Translations under genes and position numbers: made by a program
Shown here: piece after piece, positions 28,382-36,836 of the stretch
How positions within the stretch are numbered: position 1 is the first letter of the stretch
Layout: each line of letters begins with the position of its first letter
Origin: Microvirga sp.
Lineage (GTDB): Bacteria > Pseudomonadota > Alphaproteobacteria > Rhizobiales > Beijerinckiaceae
Length of the DNA: 64,000 bases
NCBI GenBank assembly: GCA_050789065.1
Contig: JBOZRS010000045.1
Coordinates: 73,875 to 137,874, forward strand
Direction of reading: 5' to 3'
The notes under the pieces: model-generated
Databases searched by the model: none
Seen by the model: the letters and a program-made list of their open reading frames with translations, nothing else
Told to the model about the DNA's origin: nothing

Positions 28382-29737
28382 CTAGACCGCGCGGGAGCGG
28401 CGTCGCGGAGCTGATTCTGCCATATGGGCTGTCGCGACGGCTTGATAGATGGCGAGGTGGGTCGTGTAGGCGTTCTCGTCGGCTTGCTGCCGGGAGCGGG
28501 ACAGTTCTGCCAGGGACGATCCCTCGGGAAGGGTTGCTCCATTCACGATTTCGGTGATGGCACGCGCCAAGGCACCTGCACTTCCGGCCGTGAACAGAAG
28601 ATCGACGCCTGGGCTCACCTTCTCCGCCATGCCCCCGATATCGGAGCAGAGCAGCGGCCGGCCAGCCATCCTGGCCTCCTGAATGACGATCGGTGAGTTC
28701 TCCCACCAGATCGACGGAACGACGATCCAGTCGGAGGCGGTCATCAGGTTGATCACATCCTGGTTCCGGTAGGCGCCCATCGGCCGGACGACATCGCCTG
28801 TCTTTGTGAGCAGGGTCTCCAATTTCTCCCCGAATTCACCCCCACGGTAATGCTTGTTCTCTCCATGGAGGCGGATTTCAATCCTGTCCTGGACGGGTTC
28901 AGGCAGCATCGTGGCGGCCTCGAGCAGGACGTCGACGCCCTTGTAGGGATTGATCTGGCCAAAAAAGGCGAAAACGATCCGCCTGTCGGGCATGGCTGCC
29001 GCTTGTGTCCTGCGCTGTCCGGCGCTGACGGGTGCCAAGACGACTTGCCGTTGGCTCTCGCTGAGAACGTCCTGATCCATGACATTCTCGATCACGGCGA
29101 TCTTCGTCGCAGGCAGGCCCCAGGCCACGTAACGCTTCTTGAGGAACTCGCTCGGCGATACGAAATCGTCCACATGACTCAGCAGCGATTGCAGGATCGT
29201 CTGCCGTACGAAGAACTTGCCTGCGCTCATCGACGGAATGCACAGAGAGCATTCCGCCGGGGAGGACGCGTAGCAGAGTCGCTTGTCGGTCTTGATCATC
29301 TGACCGTAATTGGCGCAGATCGCTGCATATTCGTGGAACGTGAAAACCACGCGAGCGCCCGCAGCCTTGAACAGCTCGAAGATCTCGATCCCCCAATAGA
29401 TGAAGTGGTGAATGTGAACCACATCAGGCCGAGTGGCTGCGACAAGCTCCTCGACAAGCTGTTTGAGCAGATCGTAGTTCAGACTCTGGAAGGTGAAGCC
29501 GTCCACGGGCGGCGGAGCGGCGAGGATCTCGTCGGGACGTCCCCGGAAACTGCCGAAGAAGGCGCTGTGCCCAATTGCCTCGTGCTCGGCCCGGGCCACG
29601 AAGACCGCATTCTCGATGCGCGAATCGTGCTTCAAACGCTGAAACAGGGAATAGGCTGCACGCTCGGCGCCGCCTGCGCCTAGATCGGGATGTCCGTGTG
29701 AAAGAACGAGCACACGCATGGAATAATCTGCTTTCAA
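28382..29737 (-). CDS. Glycosyltransferase, GT4 (GT-B fold) family
   Basis: MRVLVLSHGHPDLGAGGAERAAY N-domain, and a C-domain with the E-x7-E-like region (WWENSPIVIQEARMAGRP). The start could be the M7 codon at 29719. Confidence 0.8.
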   Translation of the reverse strand: MKADYSMRVLVLSHGHPDLGAGGAERAAYSLFQRLKHDSRIENAVFVARAEHEAIGHSAFFGSFRGRPDEILAAPPPVDGFTFQSLNYDLLKQLVEELVAATRPDVVHIHHFIYWGIEIFELFKAAGARVVFTFHEYAAICANYGQMIKTDKRLCYASSPAECSLCIPSMSAGKFFVRQTILQSLLSHVDDFVSPSEFLKKRYVAWGLPATKIAVIENVMDQDVLSESQRQVVLAPVSAGQRRTQAAAMPDRRIVFAFFGQINPYKGVDVLLEAATMLPEPVQDRIEIRLHGENKHYRGGEFGEKLETLLTKTGDVVRPMGAYRNQDVINLMTASDWIVVPSIWWENSPIVIQEARMAGRPLLCSDIGGMAEKVSPGVDLLFTAGSAGALARAITEIVNGATLPEGSSLAELSRSRQQADENAYTTHLAIYQAVATAHMAESAPRRRSRAV

Positions 29738-29767
29738 AAGATGACTGCGGCGAGATGTGTCGAGGAA

Positions 29768-31636
29768 CTAGGCTGGCGTGCGGCTGCCGACGCGGAACAC
29801 CCGCTTCGGCGGATCGAGATCCGTGGTCCAGCGCCTGTTAAACTCGGCGCAGTTCATGTAGGTCACCATGGCCCGGACATCCGTGTCTCCCATTCTTGGA
29901 ATCGACTGACGTTCCAGATGATAGAGGCCCGGATGCACATGAATCTCGATATCCGCTCCGGCGCGACGTGCCCTCAGGCACAGATCGGCATCTTCGAAAT
30001 CGCCTCGCTCGTAGGCGAGGTCGAAGCCGTCGAGCTCGGCATAGAATTCGGCCGAGAGCGCCAGAAGGGCCGCTGTTACGGCGGGCACTTTGCGGACCGT
30101 CTCTCCGCTGTAGAACCCGAAGGGCAGCCCCTTCATGGGGTGGTCGGCGACAAAGAGGCCGTTCATGAAAGACGAACGGCGAAATTCCATGCCGATATGC
30201 TGGATGGTGTTGTCTTCATAGAGAAGCGAAAAGCCGATCACTCCTTCGGGGCGCCCTGATCGCCGGCGCTCTCGGATGGCTTCCGCCGCAGCTTTCAACG
30301 GCTGCGCATCCATGACGAGAATGTCGGAATTCATGAGGAGAAGCACATCGCCTCGTGCAGCCGCCGCCCCGATGTTGTTGGCGCCTCCAAAGCCGTAATT
30401 GCCGAGATTTTGCAGGAGCTGCGTCGGGAGCCTGATGCCCTCGCTGCGCAAGGCAAGGCCGTTGTAGATCTCAGGCCATATCCGCGAGTCGTCCACGATA
30501 AGCACCAGCTCGAAACTGTCGTCCAACACGCGTTGGAGGTGATGGACGCAGTTGAGGAAGAAGGCGTCGCCGTAGAATGGGATGATGATCGATGTCAGAG
30601 GTCTCCCCTGGTGCGGAGCGGGACCAAAGGAGAACTTCTGCGCCGCCATAGCCCCTTTCGGGGTGGAGAGCGCAGGGCGGTAGAACGCGTCGATCCCGTC
30701 TGCATCCAGCGAGCGGATATCGCCAAAGGTGGAGCGGATGATGTCGAACGCGAGACGCTCGTCCTTTTGAACGGCCTTCTCCAGGGGGCCATGGAACGTC
30801 GTCCGAGATCCGTCCAGAGATGTCTCCACGAAGTAGAGATCTTGTCTTTCGCTGCCATCGGTGGGCATCACGAAAGTGAAGCCGTGCTCGTCCGAAGCCG
30901 AGGTCAGGGCGCCTAGATTGCTCAGATGGGCATGGACATCTCTTCGAGCGTGCCGCTCAAGGGCAGGGGAGAACAACCAGCTCCGCAGATCGCCGGTGAC
31001 GACGTGAACGGCGCGATCGGCCAGATTCGCCATCCAGCCCTTGACCACGAGCCCTGTCCCTGCCGAGACGAGGTGCTCGATCCAGAATTCGTCAGGGATC
31101 TTGAGCGGCTCGCAAGCAATGGACCCTTTCAGGATAGCCGCCTGTCGGTGCTGGCCTGCCCGGTCCAGGATTTGAGCGAGCACTCCCGCCTGGCCGGATG
31201 CCACAAGTTCCTGGATGTTCGGCGTTCCGACGCAAACGCGCTTTTGAACCTGCGGTCCTTTTGCGTCACGCAGCTCGACATCGATCAGCTGGCCTGCCTT
31301 CACGGTGGAGGCGGGTTTCTGCGGAATGAGAACCGCAAAGAGCCTGGTGGGCGCGCTCTCGGAATTCGAATGCTCGTACGTGGAGGCGGCTCTGCGTCCT
31401 CGTGACGGCGTAGAGGCACTGCCCTTGCGCCCCGGTTGGAGAGGGACCGCATTGTGAGCCTGCGGGGTGGCGAGCGATGCGCTCAGCCACTGACCGAAAG
31501 GCACGGTCAGGTGCACTTCGCCGCAATCCATGATGGCCGACATGTCGCCTGCCGAGTCTCCGGCAGGGCCGCGCACCATGAGCGCAGCAGCGTCGGAAAA
31601 CACAAGGATACTTTCAATATGCCAAGGTTCACTCAA
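29768..31636 (-). CDS. Glycosyltransferase family 2 (GT-A) with an unknown N-terminal region of about 330 aa
   Basis: C-terminal half carries TSIIIPFYGD...LVLIVDDS...YGFGGANNIGAAAARGDVLLLMNSDILV (DxD-type motif). TTG start at 31636 is preceded by GAGGA. I recognise nothing in the N-terminal half. Confidence 0.8.
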   Translation of the reverse strand: MSEPWHIESILVFSDAAALMVRGPAGDSAGDMSAIMDCGEVHLTVPFGQWLSASLATPQAHNAVPLQPGRKGSASTPSRGRRAASTYEHSNSESAPTRLFAVLIPQKPASTVKAGQLIDVELRDAKGPQVQKRVCVGTPNIQELVASGQAGVLAQILDRAGQHRQAAILKGSIACEPLKIPDEFWIEHLVSAGTGLVVKGWMANLADRAVHVVTGDLRSWLFSPALERHARRDVHAHLSNLGALTSASDEHGFTFVMPTDGSERQDLYFVETSLDGSRTTFHGPLEKAVQKDERLAFDIIRSTFGDIRSLDADGIDAFYRPALSTPKGAMAAQKFSFGPAPHQGRPLTSIIIPFYGDAFFLNCVHHLQRVLDDSFELVLIVDDSRIWPEIYNGLALRSEGIRLPTQLLQNLGNYGFGGANNIGAAAARGDVLLLMNSDILVMDAQPLKAAAEAIRERRRSGRPEGVIGFSLLYEDNTIQHIGMEFRRSSFMNGLFVADHPMKGLPFGFYSGETVRKVPAVTAALLALSAEFYAELDGFDLAYERGDFEDADLCLRARRAGADIEIHVHPGLYHLERQSIPRMGDTDVRAMVTYMNCAEFNRRWTTDLDPPKRVFRVGSRTPA

Positions 31637-31838
31637 GGGAATATCCTCGATCCGCAGGATATGATCCCAGGATCTGCAGCTATTAATCTTGCTGCTCCCT
31701 CTTCAACATTGAAGGCACTTGTCCGTCAAGTTTTTGTTATGTTATCAACGATCAAATAGTGGTTTAAAAGGAGAGGCACGAGGGCGCCGAGTGGCGGCCG
31801 GAACGTACGCGATGCCGGCTCCATGTATAGGTTCGAGG

Positions 31839-32699
31839 ATGGGCAAGATTGCGATACTGGTTCTGGGCAACCAGCAAGGAGCCACGATCAGGACATTCGC
31901 CCAGACATGCGGCGCTGAGCGTTTCAATTTTTACGTTCATCTCGATGCGAGGCGGGACCTGGAAGCATATTTCGGACCGGACCCAATGCCTTCGCATGTG
32001 CGGGCTATCGAGGAACGCTTTCCCATATATTGGGGCGGGTTCAACATGATCCGCGCGACAGAGGCATTGGCCTCACGCGCCTCCGCCGACCCGGACAATG
32101 AAGTCTTCGCTCTCGTCTCGGACGATTCCTTTCCCCTGCTTTCTCCTGATCGTTTGTACGATGCGATCATGACGGAGCCCCTCAGGATCGATACATGGCG
32201 AGCGCAGGATAATCAGAAGACAATTGATCGCTACGCCCACTTCTTCCATTTCGACAGCCTTCACGGCCATGCACGGCATCTTGAGCCCGAGCAGCGGTTC
32301 ATCCGCTTGCAGGACTTCCAAGTCTACGAGCGCCTGCCGCGACTGATGGAGCGTGGCAAGTACCCGATCACGCTTCACTCCGGGAGCCAGTGGTGGATCA
32401 TGCCGCGGCGGATCCTGAGCGAATGCCTGGCCCAGCTTTCCCAGAATCTTCATCTGCGGGAATCGTTCGAGTTCTCCGCGATTCCGGACGAACTTGCATT
32501 TCAGACGCTTGTCAGGGCGATCGTGCCTGCCGACGTGAAGGTGCCGCCGTCGGCCATGTGCTATGACTTCTCGAAAGCCCCGAAGCCGTTCGTCTATTCC
32601 AGTCTCGATGAACTCGATCCCAAGCTCACGACAGGAAAGCTCTTCATCAGGAAGGTCAAGCACGACACCGCTTTTCTGGAGGCGCTTCTGGCGCGGTAG
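31839..32699 (+). CDS. GT14 / Core-2-I-branching ('Branch' domain)-like glycosyltransferase
   Basis: Three family-like motifs in the right order: LVSDDSFPL, YWGGFNMIRATEAL, SGSQWWIMPRRIL. Start ambiguous (31719 TTG, 31812 or 31839 ATG). Confidence 0.6.
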   Translation: MGKIAILVLGNQQGATIRTFAQTCGAERFNFYVHLDARRDLEAYFGPDPMPSHVRAIEERFPIYWGGFNMIRATEALASRASADPDNEVFALVSDDSFPLLSPDRLYDAIMTEPLRIDTWRAQDNQKTIDRYAHFFHFDSLHGHARHLEPEQRFIRLQDFQVYERLPRLMERGKYPITLHSGSQWWIMPRRILSECLAQLSQNLHLRESFEFSAIPDELAFQTLVRAIVPADVKVPPSAMCYDFSKAPKPFVYSSLDELDPKLTTGKLFIRKVKHDTAFLEALLAR

Positions 32700-32705
32700 A
32701 GATTG

Positions 32706-33545
32706 ATGAAGACTGATCCCATCAAATTTCTCGAGAATAGATTCGGACGAAGCGCACGCTTTCGCTTCATGCCCAATGGCGGCAATCTCGGCGACAACCT
32801 GATTGCAGCAGCGACCATCCAACGTCTCGACCGAAGCGGACTTCGTTGGGAGTTCATGCGCGGGGGGAAGGAGACGGTTTCGAATGAGGATGTCCTCATT
32901 TACGGGGGAGGGGGCAGCCTCGTCGACCTTTATCGGGGAGGGATCGATTGCGTTCGCTTTCTCCAGAGCCTGGGGCGACCTGTCGTGGTCCTCCCGCAGA
33001 CGGTTCGCGGGCACCAGGACTTTTGGGAAGCATGTCTACCCCTCACTCTTTTCTGCAGAGATCAGGTCTCTTTCGATTATGCATCCCGTTACAAGCAGAT
33101 CGAGGTTCTGGCTGCCGATGATATGGCAACGCACCTTGATATGGACGATCCGCTCTTTCACCCGATCGTGACATATCACAAGCACATGACGGCTCGGGAT
33201 GAGATGGCCGGGCGCAGTCTGAATGCGTTCAGGAGAGACGGCGAATCGAGCGCCTCCGATCTGGCGGCAAAGGGCTCTGTCGATCTATCGGAATTGTCGT
33301 TTCCAAGGCTCAAGGACAAGACCGACATATATGCGTCCGCTGTTCTCTTCCTTATGTCAGCAGCAGGACATCGGCTCGTTCGCACCGACCGGCTGCATGT
33401 CAGTGTCGCGGCCAGTTTGGTGGGTGCCGAAGTCGAATTGTTCGACAACAACTACGGAAAGAACGGAGATGTGTTTCGTTTTACACTGAGAGATCGCTTT
33501 CCTAAGATCATTTATCATGGCTATAATTTTCGACAAACGTCGTGA
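32706..33545 (+). CDS. Polysaccharide pyruvyl transferase family protein
   Basis: N-terminal GGNLGDNLIAAAT (the GNxGD motif of CsaB/WcaK/ExoV-type enzymes) and central YGGGGSL. Starts 7 nt after the GT14-like stop. Confidence 0.6.
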   Translation: MKTDPIKFLENRFGRSARFRFMPNGGNLGDNLIAAATIQRLDRSGLRWEFMRGGKETVSNEDVLIYGGGGSLVDLYRGGIDCVRFLQSLGRPVVVLPQTVRGHQDFWEACLPLTLFCRDQVSFDYASRYKQIEVLAADDMATHLDMDDPLFHPIVTYHKHMTARDEMAGRSLNAFRRDGESSASDLAAKGSVDLSELSFPRLKDKTDIYASAVLFLMSAAGHRLVRTDRLHVSVAASLVGAEVELFDNNYGKNGDVFRFTLRDRFPKIIYHGYNFRQTS

Positions 33546-33560
33546 ATGATGCGCGGGCCT

Positions 33561-33660
33561 ATCTGATAAATAAATAACAGTATACTTAGATATAATACTT
33601 TAATTTATATGAGATAGGCATCTTTAAAGATGATTCTAAATTAATTTATATTACCCTTTT
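33561..33660 (+). promoter_or_regulatory. Extremely AT-rich promoter/operator region upstream of the RTX-T1SS operon
   Basis: 19 G+C in 100 nt by hand count. Perfect 14-bp palindrome CATCTTTAAAGATG (33619-33632) flanked about 20 bp each side by direct repeats TAATTTATAT (33601-33610, 33642-33651). TATAAT at 33591-33596. Confidence 0.6.
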
Positions 33661-33794
33661 GGGTTGCAAGCGGCTGTTGCTCCAGCGTCACAGGTTCGGG
33701 GATCGTTCAAACAGGGCTTGCAATTGTCGCAAGCAACGTGATAACAGATAAAAATAACCAAAACAGACCACGCAATGTGATAAAGGGGGCTTTA

Positions 33795-34796
33795 ATGGCT
33801 ACTGTGGCTGGTGCATTTTTCCAAGGTTCTGCCTCACCTGAGGCGAGCAGCTATCTCCTTGGCAATATCCCGGGCAGCTACCGGAATGCGACGCTCGTGA
33901 CCAATGATGCGAGCGCGAAGACCGGTTCGCAGACCGTGACGGGGACCAAGGGGTCGGACTACGTCATCCTCGGGGCGGGCGACAAGCTCGGAAAGCTCAA
34001 GGGCGTCGCGAAGGGCTATGACATTGTCCAGACGGAAGGCAGCATCAATATCGACAAGACGGGCTTCAAGGGCGTTCTCCTGACCGGAAGCGCGAATGCC
34101 AAGGTGATCGGAAGCACTGCCGCCGACAACATCGTTGGCAATAGCGGCAGCAATCTCGTCAAGGCTGGTGTTGGCAACGACGTGGTAGATGGCGGTGCGG
34201 GCAACGACACGATCTATGGTGACGTCGGTAACGATAAGCTGTTCGGCGGCGCTGGCGACGACAAGCTGTTCGGTGGGGTCGGCAACGACATTGTCGACGG
34301 CGGTGCGGGCAACGACACGATCTTCGGCGACGTGGGTCACGATATCCTGACGGGCGGCGCTGGCGACGACAAGCTGTTGGGCGGCGTCGGTAACGACAAG
34401 GCTGATGGTGGCGCCGGCAATGACTACCTGGACGGCATGGTCGGCAACGACCGCCTCTTCGGCGGCGAAGGTGATGACCGGCTCTTCGGCGGCGACGGTC
34501 GAGATACGCTCATCGGTGGCTCTGGAAGCGATTTCCTGAAGGGCGGCAAGGGCAGCGACAAGTTCTTCATCGAGAAGAGCGCGCCGGCTGACATCGATAC
34601 GATCGCCGACTTCAAGCCGAAGGAAGACCTGATCGACCTGTCCGGCACTGCAGCTCACACTTCGAAGATGGACGGCCTCCAGCTTCAGTCCGACGGCCAT
34701 GGCAACACCATTGTGACCGTCAAGGAAGATGGAACGCAGTTCAAGCTCCTGGGCTTCAATCCCAACGAGATCAAGAGCTCGTTCTTCCATTTCTGA
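33795..34796 (+). CDS. Secreted RTX (hemolysin-type Ca-binding nonapeptide repeat) protein, 333 aa
   Basis: About 14-17 consecutive GGxGxDxUx repeats (e.g. GGAGNDTIY, GGAGDDKLF), then the usual capping segment DTIADFKPKEDLIDLS. No N-terminal signal peptide. ATG 33795 has AAGGGGG 7 nt upstream. Confidence 0.9.
   Translation: MATVAGAFFQGSASPEASSYLLGNIPGSYRNATLVTNDASAKTGSQTVTGTKGSDYVILGAGDKLGKLKGVAKGYDIVQTEGSINIDKTGFKGVLLTGSANAKVIGSTAADNIVGNSGSNLVKAGVGNDVVDGGAGNDTIYGDVGNDKLFGGAGDDKLFGGVGNDIVDGGAGNDTIFGDVGHDILTGGAGDDKLLGGVGNDKADGGAGNDYLDGMVGNDRLFGGEGDDRLFGGDGRDTLIGGSGSDFLKGGKGSDKFFIEKSAPADIDTIADFKPKEDLIDLSGTAAHTSKMDGLQLQSDGHGNTIVTVKEDGTQFKLLGFNPNEIKSSFFHF
34188..34511 (+). repeat. Three tandem 108-bp (36-aa, four-nonapeptide) super-repeats inside the RTX gene
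   Basis: Units start at 34188, 34296 and 34404 (DGGAGNDTIYGDVGNDKLFGGAGDDKLFGGVGNDIV / DGGAGNDTIFGDVGHDILTGGAGDDKLLGGVGNDKA / DGGAGNDYLDGMVGNDRLFGGEGDDRLFGGDGRDTL). Confidence 0.8.
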
Positions 34797-34799
34797 ACA

Positions 34800-36836
34800 A
34801 TGTCTGACGGGACAAATAGCGGGTTGTCTTTCCGGTCTGAGGCCGGGGAGGCAACCCTTCTCTTTGTGATGCCGCACTCGGCCGATACGGCTTATGTCTG
34901 GTGTCCTGCGGCCAAGCTGCCGTCAATTGCCGCCATAGCGGCCAATGGGCAGCCTTGCGAGGTTCTCGCGCGAAGGAAGCTGATACAGCCCGGCAATACC
35001 CTCGAAATACTGCTTGTGAGGAGCCGTGAACTCCAGGACGGCGCTCTCTGCGAGTTGCATTTCGATAAGAACGAGCGCTCGCCACTCGCGACAGTGGCTC
35101 GTCTTGCCCGGTGGGACAGCCCCCACACGAGACGCGTCCTGCGCATTGTGGCCGATCGCTTCAACGTCGATCAAGATCCGCCTCGTACACTTGAGCGGTA
35201 CCTCGCCTTTATCAGCCTGTGGCAGATTCCAGGACGCGTTCAGGCTCTTCTGCCTGAAGGGGTCGTGTTCGAGGCCGAGATCGCTAGCGAAGGCAGTCTC
35301 AATGCCTACGTCATGACGATGCAGGGGGTGCGGCGAATAACATTGACCCCTCTTTCGGCAGGACCGGGCAGGCGATTGTTCTGGCTCCCAGGTTACCACC
35401 CTCAGCAGTTCTATCTCGAGGCGGATGCGGAATTGACCAGAGTCGTTCTGGACAATACCGGGAATCCATACCGGCCGGCATCGGAAAACGACCTCGGCCT
35501 CGTCGAATCTCTTCATGGCCTGAACGTCTGTTCTGAAGCCGCCACGGCCTGGGTCAGGAAGCTTTGCCCGCGTCAGGCCGAATTGCGCATCGACGACACG
35601 GCTTACCGCATTCTGGGTTCCGGCGATCTGCCATCCGGTCGCACCGTCATCTTCATCGAGGTGAGCGGGCGCGCCTATGCCCACGTGGAGTTCAGGCTTC
35701 ATTCTTTTGGAGTGGAAGAGTCCGCGCAGATCAACGTAACAGCCCGTGAAACGGACGGATCGCCGAACGATCGTCCTTGTACGCAGATCCTCGTCGAAGC
35801 TCCCGACATGAGGCAGACCGGCGCTTACCGGCTTAGCTGGGTTCACGACGGCGAGCCGCAATACCTTTGGGTCAGAGGGAGCGAGATCGCCGAGCGGCCG
35901 ATGCAAGCTCTGGTCAGGGATTTCGCGCCTCTCGCATTTCTCGATACCGATTTATTTGGCAACGTCTTTCACCCCATTGCGACGGCAAGTTCCCGTTCCG
36001 CCGAGGCGGCGCTCGTTCATAGGGAGGAGTTCGGAGGCAGGTCCCGAGACGCTTGCGCTGAACTCCTTATCCTAGCGGACGGTGATGTCGAGGCAGTGCA
36101 TAGGACGTTGATCGCTCTCTCGCTCTCGAGCCGTGAAACTGCGTTTGATGTGCACATTTGCTTTTTCGACAGGTCGTTGATTGCTCTTCTTACAAGCAAA
36201 GCAAAGCAATGGTCAGCGCTCTACGGATTGAGACTAACCGTTAACTGCTTTAACGCCTGGGTGCCGGAGTCTTTCTTAGTACGTTTCAATTTCGGCGCGC
36301 CACTTCCCCGTGTCATCTGCCGAGCAGGTTTCATTCCCTGTCGAGTTGATTGGCTTGAGTGCACCTTGAAAGATTTGGAACTGAGTTGCGGGATTCTGCT
36401 GGGGAGTGCATCGAGTAGGACGGACTCGCGCGCACGTGAAATCAGCCGTACCGCGCTGCGGAAATTAATTGGCGAAGTCGAATCCGGCACGAACTACGGC
36501 ATAACATCTGCTGCTCTGCTGCCACATCTTGGAAGTATTGATCCAGAAGTCCAATTCCACGGCTTCGAATCGTATGTTCTGGCCCTGGCGTTGTCTCTCT
36601 CCGAAGGTGAAAAAGTCCGAAGCTCACAGGGCCTCCGAATGTCGGATAGTGCCGGACGGCCTGAAACGGAAACATTCGAAGCCAGGCTGGATCGGTATAG
36701 CCTGCAGGAATTGTGCAGACGCTGGGCACCTGTGAAGGCAAGGCAGACGAAGGGTGCCAACCCGCTGTCGCCTGAGAAAGCCGCTTCCCGCAATCACACA
36801 CAAAGATTAGGCAATGAGCAACCCCATCTATCATGA
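34800..36836 (+). CDS. Hypothetical 678-aa cytoplasmic protein between the RTX substrate gene and the T1SS ABC gene
   Basis: Starts 4 nt after the RTX stop and overlaps the ABC gene by 23 nt. No signal peptide, TM or RTX repeats, and no family recognised. Residues around ELLILADGD...FDVHICFFD loosely resemble a GT-A beta-alpha-beta start, but no DxD motif. Confidence 0.65.
   Translation: MSDGTNSGLSFRSEAGEATLLFVMPHSADTAYVWCPAAKLPSIAAIAANGQPCEVLARRKLIQPGNTLEILLVRSRELQDGALCELHFDKNERSPLATVARLARWDSPHTRRVLRIVADRFNVDQDPPRTLERYLAFISLWQIPGRVQALLPEGVVFEAEIASEGSLNAYVMTMQGVRRITLTPLSAGPGRRLFWLPGYHPQQFYLEADAELTRVVLDNTGNPYRPASENDLGLVESLHGLNVCSEAATAWVRKLCPRQAELRIDDTAYRILGSGDLPSGRTVIFIEVSGRAYAHVEFRLHSFGVEESAQINVTARETDGSPNDRPCTQILVEAPDMRQTGAYRLSWVHDGEPQYLWVRGSEIAERPMQALVRDFAPLAFLDTDLFGNVFHPIATASSRSAEAALVHREEFGGRSRDACAELLILADGDVEAVHRTLIALSLSSRETAFDVHICFFDRSLIALLTSKAKQWSALYGLRLTVNCFNAWVPESFLVRFNFGAPLPRVICRAGFIPCRVDWLECTLKDLELSCGILLGSASSRTDSRAREISRTALRKLIGEVESGTNYGITSAALLPHLGSIDPEVQFHGFESYVLALALSLSEGEKVRSSQGLRMSDSAGRPETETFEARLDRYSLQELCRRWAPVKARQTKGANPLSPEKAASRNHTQRLGNEQPHLS

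Noticed and set aside
33638-33655. TTAA-N7-TACC in the AT-rich region, checked as a possible CtrA box (TTAA-N7-TTAAC).
   Set aside because: Only a half-site matches, which is expected by chance in 80% A+T DNA.
33738-33794. GTG 33738 as the start of the RTX gene (352-aa version in the ORF track).
   Set aside because: ATG 33795 has a strong SD (AAGGGGG) at ideal spacing. The upstream 19 codons are Asn/Lys-rich read-through of the AT-rich promoter region.
34100-34560. Regularly spaced short repeats, checked as a possible CRISPR-like or VNTR array.
   Set aside because: The 27-bp periodicity is the in-frame RTX nonapeptide repeat (GGxGxDxUx) of a protein-coding gene. There are no unique spacers and no cas genes.
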